From contig OZ024742.1 in assembly GCA_964016885.1 (NCBI GenBank), forward strand, positions 98,208,001-98,272,000: 64,000 bases of DNA, read 5' to 3'. A program made the position numbers and the translations under genes. Below the pieces are notes generated by a model, which made no database searches, had not been told where the DNA came from, and was given only the letters and a program-made list of their open reading frames with translations. Source of the stretch: Eledone cirrhosa (Eukaryota). Every line of letters starts with the position of its first letter. Within the stretch, counting starts at the first letter, position 1. Below, piece by piece: positions 31,392 to 45,221 of this stretch.

Positions 31392-32327
31392 TAGTCTGTT
31401 CTTAGATATGCCAGCTCTGTGTTTTTGGTGTTGATAGTTTCAGAGCCTTTGGACATATATATATATATTTATTTATTTTTGTTACGCATTTTGCCAACTA
31501 GAAGAAGGTCGAATGAAGAAGAAGCCCCGCACTCCATGGAATCTCTAGCAGTGGCTCTGTGGCTATAGCATCCATTGTCAATAGCATACTTCTCCACTAT
31601 CATGTATACATACACCCACCCATACACACATATATATTTATATATGGAAAGAGAGTGAGAGAGAGAGGGGGAGAGAGAGAAAGAGGGGGGAGAAAGACAA
31701 AGTTAGTTATGTAAAGAAATTAATTAAATAAATAAAAGTAAATATAAATCTTTGATAACTGAAAGAATAACCGAACCCGATATCCAAAGATGCAAAATAT
31801 TTAAGGAAATCTATACATAAGACCATAAATATTCAAACAAGTTAATATTTACAATATCATTTTTAAAAAAAAGGCTTCAAATTTCGAACAATCCTTGTGG
31901 TTGGGTGGTACAACTACTGGTTATGTAATTGTATAACTGCTAATTTTAAATGGCAACGACTGTTCAAGGTTGAACCCCCTCACAGCTGGAAGAAAAAACA
32001 AGAATCTGTTTTTGTTTCTCGTTCTGCCAACTAGAAGAATGTAGTATGTAGAATAAACCTCGCTCGCCTTGGAAACTCTTTGCCTATAGCATTCATGATG
32101 TATGAATGTACACCCACACACGCACTCAATCGCACACACACACATACACATACACATTGAGTGAGAAAACCGAAGTTCATTACTGCTTTTTTGTGGATGT
32201 GTATAAACTTCAATATATCTTTTTGATTGGGGAAAGTAAGACAAACTTAATATATTCTATAATCTGTATTTTTACATTACAATTTAACGGTCAATTGTAT
32301 ACACAGGAATAGAGATGATGTTTTTTT

Positions 32328-32391
<64 letters not shown>

Positions 32392-32395
<4 letters not shown>

Positions 32396-32807
32396 GGAGG
32401 TGAGTTTTATTGTAGTACAATAAAGCAATGCAGATATCGGATAAGTAGCACTCTACAGTTTGTAGGATTGGAGTATAAATAATATATAAGATCAAAAGAT
32501 GGTTAAAAGAGTTCCATGTATTTTATTATGCGCATTTCAAAAACAAATATCATCATGCGAAGACATTTGCGTTTACTTCAGATAAAATAGGGAGACATGA
32601 TATGAAGGTTAAAACACACTTGTGAATAGTGCAGTTTTAAATTAACATATGTTGATTTAAATCTGCACTATTCACAATTGTTTTTTAACCTTCATATCAT
32701 GTCTCCCTATTTTATCTGACGAAAACACAGATGTCTTCGGATGATGATATTTGTTTTTGAAATGCGCATAATAAAATACATGGAACTCTTTTAACCATCT
32801 TTTGATG

Positions 32808-32810
<3 letters not shown>
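32392..32810 (-). mobile_element. Fold-back cassette with two HHR copies
   Basis: Arms ~32487-32635 and ~32662-32810, tail on the left, (TA)n on both sides. Confidence 0.8.
32708..32778 (+). ncRNA. Type I hammerhead ribozyme, canonical core (twin at 32519-32589, -, has A9T)
   Basis: tattttat-CTGACGA-aaacacagatgtc...gatatttgttttt-GAAA-tgcgca-TA-ataaaata; perfect 8-bp stem I. Confidence 0.85.
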
Positions 32811-32880
<70 letters not shown>

Positions 32881-32930
32881 TAAAAAAATAATGAATAAAC
32901 AAAGAAACAGTTCCTTATATTAGAAAAATT

Positions 32931-33070
32931 CATTATTTTACGATCGTTTCTAGGATATATATGTGTTAGAGTTGGTATGCATATTCTATAGATCTATGTA
33001 CAATACTTATACAAACTATCAAAGGGAATATACATACCTTCACATATATATGCTGTCTTCAGAAATAATG
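32931..33070 (-). ncRNA. Type I hammerhead ribozyme with ~105-nt stem II
   Basis: cattattt-CTGAAGA-[atatatatgtg/cacatatatat and ggtatgtatatt/aatatgcatacc helices]-GAAA-cgatcg-TA-aaataatg. Confidence 0.75.
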
Positions 33071-33692
33071 ATACTTGTTTATTGATAAGAACAAAGATTC
33101 AATACAATAGGTCTGTTTGGGAACAGGTTTTGAATTGACCAGTCAGGAGATAGTGAGGGTCAAGATAGTGATATTAGGAGAATCTTAAATTATGGGTAGA
33201 GGAAGGTAGATTTCAGTTTTGGATGGTAACGAGTATTATGAATGAAGGATTACTTTAGGGAAGAAGTAGGTCTTATGCTGACCTCAGAAATAATTTTATT
33301 TGTTCAAAGATCAAATACATTCTGTCTGTTTGGTAAGAGGTTTAGAATTAACCAATAGAAGGTTAATAATTGGCCAAATGGTAAAATTGAAACTTATTTT
33401 AGGGGTGAAACTAGGTCAAGTGGTCAGTAGAAGGTATACAAGCAGTTGCTGTTATAAAATAGTAATGCCAATACATATATCTAAGATGACTAGAGTTTTA
33501 AGATAAGGATGTGAGTGAAAAAAAAAAAAAAAAAAAAAATACATCTATGGAAAGGATATAAAATTAATTTAATTGATGGGTATATTTATATTGATAAAAT
33601 TATACTAATACATATAGATATGATAAATAAGAGTTAGATGCAGTTGAAAAGTGCTGTTAAGGATGAGGGGAGATTAAAAGAATATAAGAATG

Positions 33693-33723
<31 letters not shown>

Positions 33724-33760
33724 TGTACCTACATATATATACATACATACACACACATAT

Positions 33761-33799
<39 letters not shown>

Positions 33800-33826
33800 C
33801 ATAGACATACACACACAAATATATAC

Positions 33827-33864
<38 letters not shown>

Positions 33865-33901
33865 GCAAATACACACATACATATACATACACACACACAC
33901 A

Positions 33902-33933
<32 letters not shown>

Positions 33934-33958
33934 CTCATACACACACACACACACATAT

Positions 33959-33992
<34 letters not shown>

Positions 33993-34169
33993 ACATATAT
34001 ATATATTTTTACACTCACATACATACACACATACATACATACACACCTATATACACACACATCCACACTTACATATACATATAATTATTGGGGGGGGGGA
34101 TTAAATTTATTAGTGGGAAATAGTAAATATATATAGGTTTCAAGGAACATAGAGTCATAACCTGAAGTT

Positions 34170-35400
34170 AAAGCATTATATATGTTTACTTAATGGTATC
34201 AGTTTTAGGAAATGATATTTGTAAGAAGGAGAGCCAAATTATGTAGTTCATCATTAGTAGAATATTAATTATAGGTTAACTGAAATAAAAATACTTTATA
34301 TCTAAATTTCTAAGGTGTATATTAATTAGGTTTATCATATTTAAAGCAGAATTATGTAGTTCATCAGTAGTAGAATATTAATTATAGGTTAACTAAATTA
34401 AAAATAATTACATATGTTTACTTAATGGTATCAATTTTAGGAAATGATATTTGTAAGAAGGAAAGCCAAATTATGTAGTCCATCAGTAGTAGAATATTAA
34501 TTATATGTTAACTAAATTAAAAATAGTTTATATATTAATTTCTAAAGTGTATATTAATTAGGTTTATAATATTTAAAGCAGAATTTAGTAATTCATCTGT
34601 AGTAGAATATTAATTATAGGTTAACTAAATTAAAATTAATTTATATATTAATTTCTAAAGTGTATATTAATTAGGTTTATAATATTTAAATATTTTTCTC
34701 AGTTTATGATTACACGATATTATTAATTCCTGTCGCTTATTTAATAGGATATCCTTAGATTTCATTATTTCGAAAAGTTCTTGGGAACACAATCTACATT
34801 CATTTCTACTATTTTGATAAGGGGTGGCCCTTTTGAGCACACTCCAGCAGAATTTTGTAATTCATCTGTAGTAGAATATTAATTATAGGTTAACTAAATT
34901 AAAATTAATTTATATATTAATTTCTAAAGTGTATATTAATTAGGTTTATAATATTTAAATGTTTTTCTCAGTTTATGATTACACGATACTATTAATTCCT
35001 GTCGCTTATCTGTAGTAGAGTATTAATTATAGGTTAACTAAATTAAAATTAATTTATATATTAATTTCTAAAGTGTATATTAATTAGGTTTATAATATTT
35101 AAATGTTTTTCTCAGTTTATGATACACGATATTATTAATTCCTGTCGCTTATTTAATAATATTTAAAGCAGAATTTTGTAATTCATCTGTAGTAGAATAT
35201 TAATTATAGGTTAACTAAATTAAAATTAATTTATATATTAATTTCTAAAGTGTATATTAATTAGGTTTATAATATTTAAATGTTTTTCTCAGTTTATGAT
35301 TACACGATACTATTAATTCCTGTCGCTTATCTGTAGTAGAGTATTAATTATAGGTTAACTAAATTAAAATTAATTTATATATTAATTTCTAAAGTATATA
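34170..35400. repeat. Irregular tandem array derived from the 3-prime end of the adjacent Naiad ORF
   Basis: Repeated GTAGTAGAATATTAATTATAGGTTAACTAAATTAAAA...TTAATTAGGTTTATAATATTTAAA units; ~34670-34848 duplicates ~35402-35580. Confidence 0.9.
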
Positions 35401-36875
35401 TTAATTAGGTTTATAATATTTAAATGTTTTTCTCAGTTTATGATTACACGATATTATTAATTCCTGTCGCTTATTTAATAGGATATCCTTAGATTTCATT
35501 ATTTCGAAAAGTTCTTGGGAACACAATCTACATTCATTTCTACTATTTTGATAAGGGGTGGCCCTTTTGAGCACACTCCAGGTCAGGTCATATTCTATAT
35601 TCCTCTTTCTATAACTATTAATTTTTTCAGCTAGAGATGTTGTATTAGCTAGTGCGGCATTTTTAAAACTATGTTTGTGGGTATTAAATATTACCTTAAA
35701 ATTGTTAGAGGTAGCTCCTATATATGAGTAAATAGAGTCCTTAGTGTTAACTTTAGATTTATATATTATGTTATTAACAAGGCAATTTCCTTTTAATGGA
35801 CAGTTTGCCTTGTTTCTACAGTTACAACTTTTTGTGAGTCCTGTATCTGAGGAGATATTATGGTTAGTTTGATGTACTGGTGGTATACTTAAGTTTTTTT
35901 TACATTCATATGCATTATAGGCACTTATATTTTGTTTTATGTTTTTGGTTGTTGAGTAGGAGAATTTAACTGTTGATCTATTTAAGATTTGATGGTATTT
36001 GTGGTTTGGCGGGAAGTTTTTCTCTAGGATATTAAATACTTTTTTAGGTATATTATCCTTAACTTGTAAATTAAATGGAGCATTATACCAAGTAACCCGT
36101 CTATTACGGTTTCTATGTTGTTTATTGTTTTTATAGGATGCATCCTGATGTTTACTAGGAGAATTATTGTTAATGACCTCTCCACACATATTTTTAGTTA
36201 GATTTATTGATTTAGGTGTTTTAGCTTGTTTATTAGGAGTTTTATTATTAACATTTATTAGAGTTGTAGGATGAGTAGTTTTTTGAGAGTTACTATACTG
36301 TATATTAGAAGAGTTAGAGAAAATTGGTTTTATTTTGGTATTTTGGGGTATAGTGTGAGTGGCATTTAGGTGTGTACGTTTCATTTGGTGTTTGTTGGTA
36401 ATATTAGGTTGTATGTTTGTAGTATTATTGGTAGAAGGTATATATATTAATCTATTTTTGTGGCCAGAGCTTCGTTATAAAAGGTCGCATTTTTATCAAA
36501 TACATCTTGGTTAGACGAAAGGTTAGAAATTCTAAGTGATATATTATATGCAAGGTTTTTAAGGATACATTTAGGGTGATTAGATTGTGAGTGTATGTAG
36601 TGTAAATGTTGGTTGGGTTTATGGTAAGGTTGGTAGATACCCTTAGATAAGTCTAATGTTATATCTAGGAAATTAACTACTTTACTTGTGTTTTCAAATG
36701 TAATATCTAGACTATAATAGTCCTTAAGGAAAGTTCTAATAAGCTTTTTATTTTTTTCTATCTCTGAGAGGCTAAGGTTATTGGAAAGAAGAAGACAGTC
36801 GTCACGATATAAACCACCTTTAAGGTGGGGAAAGCAAGCATTTATGTTAAAAAGAAGAAAGAGGCCCACAAGATC
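35401..36875 (-). mobile_element. Naiad-type Penelope-like element, 5-prime truncated RT-thumb-GIY-YIG
   Basis: GGLYRDD, VNFLDITLDL, YHKPN, YIHSQSNHP, WYNAPFN, CNCRNKANCPLKGNC, IIY/YIGAT, CRLC, CNH; one frameshift. The 3-prime non-coding region probably extends to ~32875. Confidence 0.9.
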
Positions 36876-37529
36876 ATATAATATATATATATATATATTA
36901 CATTCAAAGTTATAGAAGTCATGTTTATGATAATCTCAAACATGCGTCTTATCTCCAAAAAATAAGCTGAAAGAAAAATTCTAGGAATAAATCCGTGCAT
37001 TTAATCATTACAAAATAGTGAAAGACATATATACTTACATACATATATATCTAATTACATAAACATACAATAAGACATTGTATATATATATATATATATA
37101 TGTGTGTCTGTGTATGTGTGTGTGTGTGTGTGTGTTTGCATGTGTGTGTGTACATACATATAAAAAAGGAAGAGAGACGTTATCACATGTTCAACTTCAG
37201 TATATTTTGTTACATCATACCCATTATATGCCTTTCAGATGAATGAACAATCGCTATGCAAGAGTTAACAGACGCATTGTCGGCAGACAGTTGTTTAAAT
37301 ATATATACAAACAGAGTTCTGTTTATGTTTTTAATATGAGTGGCATCGAAGAGACGCTAACATTTCAGTTTTATGCAAGCATAAATGGCAGCATCTCTTC
37401 GATGGCAGGCATATCACTAAATAGAAGAAAAAAAAACTATATTTCTATTTACATTTAATCAACTCATCGGACAGCTGTTATATAACTAATGTTATTGTTG
37501 TATAACATATTTTGGTGTTTTTGTGGTTT

Positions 37530-37564
<35 letters not shown>

Positions 37565-38172
37565 CTTCTTCTTCTTCTTCTTCTTCTTCTTCTTCTTCTT
37601 CTTCTTCTTCTTCTTCTTCTTGCTGAGAGTTTCGAAGAGCAGACTCCTTCCAGAGCGTCCTGTCAGAGGCCACCGTGATATGGCCGGAGCCCCTAGCGAG
37701 ACCAGCCGAGCTCATTATTGTTTGGTGTTTGTGTGTTTGTGTAAAAAGTAAACCTAAAACAAATACAGCAAAATGATACAATGTAATGATGATATAATTT
37801 ATATAAATTGAGAATGGGTTTCTAATTGATCTCTATTGTAACGCGTGTAATGGAATAAACATAATTTAAACTGATATATCACTCGTCGTGCTTACATACC
37901 TACACACACACAAATACATACCCACACACACAATTCTTTATGTATATATACATATGTGTGTATATTTAAATATGAATATTTTATGCACATACTGAATGCG
38001 TCCTTTAATCAATGCATGTTTAGTGAGTTTGAATATATTATGTGAGAAACAACGTCAGCAAATTTTGAAGGGAACTATGTTCTGGCAAGTAACATACTTA
38101 CAGCATAGGAAAAACTTTGAAACGTTTTCGGTCATACTTACTTATAACCAGGCGTATGTTTATATACATGTA

Positions 38173-39010
<838 letters not shown>

Positions 39011-39388
39011 TATATTTAAAGCGAAACCTATTTCATAAAATCAAGGTTAATCTGGTTGCAGATCAGATAAAATGATATTTATCCCGGCGGAATAGAGAGA
39101 AGGGTTAGAGTGGCACTAAAATTCTTATAGCATCAACCATTTCGGTGATTGCCTTTGCCACCAAAATGCCACAATATTCTTCGTATGAAAATCCTCAAGA
39201 ATCTGTGTATCTGACGTTGCATTAATGCCAATAAATTGGAACCAATATTTGTTTATGTTTGGATACTTTTTGTATATGTTGTACACTTCGTCTTAATGCC
39301 ATAGTTTGTTGTGTGGGTTTTCTTTCTTTCTTTTTGTTCTTCTTGTGATATTCTGTTCACCTTTAATTGTAGATGTATTATAGTCTAA

Positions 39389-39429
<41 letters not shown>

Positions 39430-39431
<2 letters not shown>

Positions 39432-40014
39432 CATACATATATGGTGGCGGCCAACTCGTTTTCGAGTACGGCCCTACTTTATATCCATGTAGGAGAATCC
39501 CTACCGATGCGCTGAAAGTGTGTGACTTTTTAGTCCAGCCACCGACTTGAAAACTCTTTACAAACACTACACTTGTGACAATTATTGACACATAGTGCTG
39601 GGCACATGGTAGCATGTGACGACAAGTGCATAGAGATCTCCAGATATAAAGCAATGTCTGTGCCGTGAAGCTTTTATAGGGAGCAAAGGCACTGCACAAA
39701 GCCAGTCCCACTCTCTTAACCACACCATTGGATACCATCAGGGTTGCAGGCGTTATATCAGTGTGTTCCTTCTCCTAGAATTCTGCCTTGACAAAGGGTA
39801 AGGGGTCATCTCTCCCGGTGATTTTGGATGGCCAATGACTCTCAAGAGCTCCTTTGCCCTTTGACAGGTTTTGTTTTTAGTCCTGCAGGATGTCCAAAGT
39901 CACCCTCCTCACCAAGAAAACTTGATGGGGTTGCCAGTTTAGTCGGCAACGACCCGACCATGAGACAGGTTGTACTGGGATACATGTTACAAGTAGCACC
40001 AACTGATGACTTGA
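39430..40014 (-). mobile_element. Non-autonomous bipartite RTE derivative (RTE 5-prime UTR motif plus RTE 3-prime tail)
   Basis: 39767-39820 matches 44171-44225 (CCTTCTCCTAGAA..TGCC.TGACAA.GG.TA.GGG). 39440-39470 matches the LINE 3-prime end at 40030-40063 and is followed by an (ATGT)n-like tail. Confidence 0.6.
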
Positions 40015-40138
40015 CATACATACATACATGATGATGGCTGCCCCCTCGTTATCGAGTATGGCCATTGCACGAGGAGAAAGAAAAAAAATAAATAATAATA
40101 ACAAATATAGTAAATAAATAAATAAAAAAAAATAAAAA

Positions 40139-40189
<51 letters not shown>

Positions 40190-43100
40190 CATATATACAC
40201 ACACATACTCACACACACATATACACACACACATACATTAATAACAATAATAATACTAATAATAATAACAACAATAATAATAACGACAACAACAGTAATA
40301 ATATACACATACATATATATATACACACACACGCACACACATAAACATATCTACACACACACACACACGATAGCAACTAACAGCGCTGCGATCGAATGTG
40401 GCTTTTTAGCCCAGCCAATGATCGAAAATGTCTTGCACAGAGTCGGCATCCAAAACATTTACTGGGAATAGTCGGCTGTGGTTGGAGTTCGTGTACTTTT
40501 GCATGTCGCTTGAGCCCTCCTGCTGATTTACATTCTATACCACATGTTTGGCAAGCATGATGAGTAGCATCTCCAACAGCAGCCTGGTAGTCAACCACTG
40601 GTCTTACTTTATGACTGCGAAGATGACTTTCGAGTCCAGCTTTGCTTAGGCAGAGTCTCGCACATACGCTGCATGTCAGCACCATAGGAGGACCCTCGCC
40701 GTCTGGAAGTGCAACAGCAATGCCCTTCCTCACATCCCGCTTTACTTTCTTGTATGCGATTCGAGATGCCTCAAAAGCAACTTTTCCCTCATATACAGTC
40801 TTTCTCCATTTATTACGATCAGCAGCAATATTCTCCCATGTATCAAGCAGAGATGTTAGCGTCTTTCAGAGAGGCTTTCAAGGAATCCTTGTACCTCTTT
40901 TTTGGTTTATGTGGAAGTCGTTTTCCTTTAACCAACTCTCCATAAAAGAGTTGTTTTGGTATTCTAGAATCCTTCATCCTGGCAAGGTGACCACTCCAAC
41001 GTAGTCGTTGCTTAAGCACAAGAGCTTCTATACTGTCACAATAGAGCTTTCCAAAATCTCGACATCACTGATGTCGTCCCTCCAGTGAACGCCATGGATC
41101 CGTCTGAGACACATCTGATGGAAACGCTCCAATTGCTTAAGGTGGTGTCGATATGTGCCCCAGGTCTCGCAGGCATAAAGAAGACAAGAGAGCACACATG
41201 CCCTGTACACCTTTACCTTTGTCCTCCTGCATATGTCTCGCCGACCCCAGAGTCGTCTTTCTAGCTTTCCGAAAGCATCACTTGCTTTCCTAATCCTAAG
41301 TGAGATTTCACTGTCAACGTTGCAGTATCGATTGACAGTGCTTCCCAGGTAGACAAACTGATAAACCACTCCAAGTCGTTTGCCATACACATAGATGTTT
41401 GGTTCAGTGTACTGCTTACCAGGAGCAGGTTGGTAGATGACGACGGTTTTCTTGAGACTGACAGTCAGACCTAGGGCAGTGCAAGCGTCAGAAAATGTAT
41501 TCAAAATGTGCTGCATATCACTCTATGTGTGCGCTACAAGATCGCAATCATCTGCATACAAGAGGTCTCTTATGATTGATGTAAATACTTTTGTCTTCGC
41601 AGCAAAGCGCCTGATGTTAAATATGCTGCCTGAGGTTCGATATCGGATGTAAACACCATTCTCGCAATTTCTGAATGCAATACAGAAAACCATTGCAAAG
41701 TATATGGCAAAGAGGGTCGGTGCTGGAATATCTCCCCGTTTCAATCCATTTTTTACTGAGATAGGATCCGACATGTTACCCCCGACATTAACCCAAGCTT
41801 TCTTGTCGTCATGGAAAGACCTAACTAAAGCAAGGAAATTATCAGGGAAACCAAGTTTCTGGAGAACCTTCCATAATGCATCTCTGTTAACAGTATCGAA
41901 AGCTTTTGTCAGATCGACAAAAACCTGATACAGATCAAGCCTTGTTCCATGCACTTCTCCTGGAGCTGTCTAGCTGAGAAGATCATATCAGTAGTGCCGC
42001 GTCCAGCACGAAAAACAGATTGACTTTCAGGAAGAACACAATCTGCAATGTGTGTCAGCAGACGGTCCAGAAGCACCCTACATAAAACTTTCCCTACGAC
42101 AGAAAGCAATGATATACCTCTGTAGTTCCCACAATCGTTCCTGTTACCCTTTCCCTTGTACAAGACCACCATTACTGCATCTCTCCAGTCCTCAGGTACG
42201 GATTCATTAGCCCATATCCTGCCAAACAAAGAGTGAAGATGTTGCAGGAGTCTCTCACCACCATATTGTAGAAGCTCAGCATGTATGCCATCCATACCTG
42301 GAGATCTTCCACTGTTCAGCTTCGAAATAGCCACTGCAACCTCGACAAGCGTTGGAGGTTCTGCGAGAGCTACTTTCACAGGACTTTCTGGAATGAGATT
42401 GAGGAAATCTTCACTGACGACAGACGGCTGATTCAAAAGATCATCAAAGTGCTCTCGCTACCTTCGTACAATTCCTTGTGAGTCACGAAGAAGTTCTTTG
42501 CCATCCTTGCTGCGAAGCGCTGTCACCAGAGAAGAAGACGGTCCATAAACCTCACACAAGAGGCTGTACAACAGCTTTGTGTTATTGGAATCAGACGCAG
42601 TTTGTATCTCACCAGCCCTCTCACTCCACCACTGATCCTTCATCTGAGAAAGACTCCGCCTAACACCTGATTTTACATCCCTGAGTTCCTCATGCAACGT
42701 ATTCCTCTCCTGTGGTTTTGCCGTCAAGTAGCGTGACAGAGCACGCCTCTTATCAGCCAACAAGTCTTCTATATATACATCATTCTTATTAAACCAGTCT
42801 CGATGTTTCCTCTGCGCCAATCCCAGAACACGCCTGCCTACATCATAAACCGACTTTTTAAGGGTCGGCCAATCCTCACCAAGATCTGCAGCCTTCATCT
42901 CTTCTTCCAATGTCCTCTTCACATTTTTATCCTTAAGACGAGCAGCATTCAATCTTTTGGGCAGGGCAACACCAGGAGCCCGAATTTTACGTTTAGTGAT
43001 TTGTTTCACCTTTGCGCGTACCAGGCGGTGGTCCGTCCAGCACTCAGCTCCACGAAGAACACGAACACACTGCACATCCTGTCTGTCACGCATCCTGACT

Positions 43101-44277
43101 AGGACGTAATCCAAAAGATGCCATTCCTTAGATGCAGGATGCATCCATGTGGTCTTGAATTTGTTCTTTTGTTGGAACATGGTGTTGGTAACACACAGAT
43201 CCAGCTCCTCACACATCTGTAGCAGGAGCATACCATTGCTGTTACACTTTCCCACCCCATGCCTTCCGATTACATTCCATGTGTTAAAATCCCTTCCCAC
43301 TCTAGCATTAAAGTCACCAAGCACGATGACTTTGTCTGCCTGAGGGATATTTCTTAAAACACCTTTCAAGGCATGGTAAAAGGACACCTTTTCCTCATCG
43401 ACAGAACACATAGTTGGAGCATACACACTCACCAGGGTAGCATATCTTCCCTTGTCCAGCGGAACTCTCATGGACTTAAGACGCTCACTAATCCCTTCTG
43501 GGAATTCTTCTAATTTGTTCACAAGTACAGGCTTAACAGCAAATCATACCCCAGCCTCTCTTCTGGTTCCTTCATCTCTTCCTTTCCAGAAGAATGTATA
43601 TTCACCACAAAATTCCGTAAGATGACCATCTCCAGCTAACCTCGTCTCAGATAAAGCCACGATGTCAAGATCGTAACGTCGAAGCTCCTTTGCAACAAGA
43701 GCGGTCCGTCGTTCAGGACGCTCCAAGGAATCCCTGTCAAGCAGCGTCCGTGCGTTCCAGCAGCCAAGACTAAATGCCTTGTTTGGCTCTATTACAATGG
43801 CACGATGACGAGCGGGCCCATGCTGTGATAACCTGGGGCCCCTGCCCTTATTGCCAATGATCTTTTTTGTTCCAGAACCTAAATTGCCAATTATCTCTTT
43901 TATATTGTTCTGGAACATCATTGAATTGGAAAAAAAAAAAAAAAAAAAAGGTAATAATAATAGTAATAATAATAATAATAGTACACTATTAATAATTATT
44001 AATGCACTCGTGCAATGCCTGTGCGTGACGAATATTTTTAAACTGTGCACTGAGCCAATCCCACTCTCTGAGCGACAGTAGCTATAACCCGAAAAGAAGA
44101 AAAGATCAACATCATCGGTAACTACTGAGCCGCAGGTTTTGTGTCGGAGTTAACCCAGTTTCCTGAGATGCCTTCTCCTAGAAGAATGCCCTGACAAGGG
44201 CTAGGGGTTCTTCACTCCCAGTGGTTTAACTGCGCGATCGGGCATCCAGCCCGATTATTTCTATGTCCCCGCGCGCA
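40015..44277 (-). mobile_element. RTE/BovB-type LINE, near full length (APE endonuclease, RT, C-terminal C2H2 fingers), with stops and frameshifts
   Basis: WNARTLLD..RPERRTALVAKELRRYDLDIVALSETRL, SVYAPT, LGDFNARVG, LDYVLV, TDHRLV, NYRGISLLS, FVDLTKAFDTV, LLYADD, LLYACETW. 3-prime end CTCGATAACGAGGGGGCAGCCATCATC(ATGT)n, with microsatellites inside the 3-prime UTR. Confidence 0.95.
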
Positions 44278-44542
44278 AAAAAAAAAAAAAAAATCACTTA
44301 TTGACACTTATACGTACGACATACACACACGCGCATACATATGCGCGCACACAGCAACACTCATACATACAAACAAACACACACACGCTACTCTACTCAC
44401 TTACACATACACACACACATATATATATATATTACCGTCATTACTGATACAAGATTACAAGATTATGTCAACTGTTGACTTTCAAGAGTTTGTATAGTTG
44501 AAGCCGATCGTACTAGTGTCCAGTATTATTATAATTGCTTTG

Positions 44543-44885
44543 AGGCAGTGGATTTGCAGTATCGGTAGAGGGTCGGACGCCAGCATAGTTACGTCCCTTT
44601 ACGATCTGAGTTCAAATCCCGCCGAGGTTGATTTTGCCTTTCATCCTTACGGGGTCGATAAAATAAAGTACCTGTAATGCACTGAGTAATTGCTGGCCTT
44701 GTGCCTAAAGTAGAAACAATTATTATAATTGCTTTACAGCATAGAATTATGGCTCTCCACGCTCTGAGCTTAAATCCTGCCGAGGTCAACCTTGCCTTTC
44801 ATCCCCACGGAGTCAACAACAGAGAGTACCAGTGATGCGCTGGGCCAGCCGCTGGATCCGTGCCAAAAGGAGAAAAATTATTATT
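44543..44885 (+). mobile_element. Two tandem tRNA-derived SINE copies, family A
   Basis: GGCAGTGGATTTGCAGTATCGGTAGAG...GAGTTCAAATCCCGCCGAGGTTGATTTTGCCTTTCATCCTTACGGGGTCGATAAAATAAAGTACC. Confidence 0.85.
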
Positions 44886-45169
44886 AAAGTTGTTTTCTTA
44901 AGGCCCGGTCACTGGTGATGGTGATGGTGGCGGCGGTAGTAGTGGTGGTGGCAGTTGATGTTGTTGTGTTGTGTGCGTGAGTGTTTTGTGATTTTGAGTT
45001 TCTTTTTTCTCTTTTTTTTTAAATCTTTTGATGCCGCTGTTGTTGTTGTAAATGTTCATTTCAGTTCATTCTGAAGCTGTTGTTGCTGTAAACATTAGTG
45101 CCGGTGTTGTTGTTGTAGATGTTGGGGTTGAAATCTGGTCGTTTGACTGAGTGATGTATATACACACAT

Positions 45170-45221
<52 letters not shown>

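Noticed and set aside
34170-35400. Repeat array superficially like CRISPR
   Set aside because: Eukaryotic context, no unique spacers, and the units derive from the adjacent PLE.
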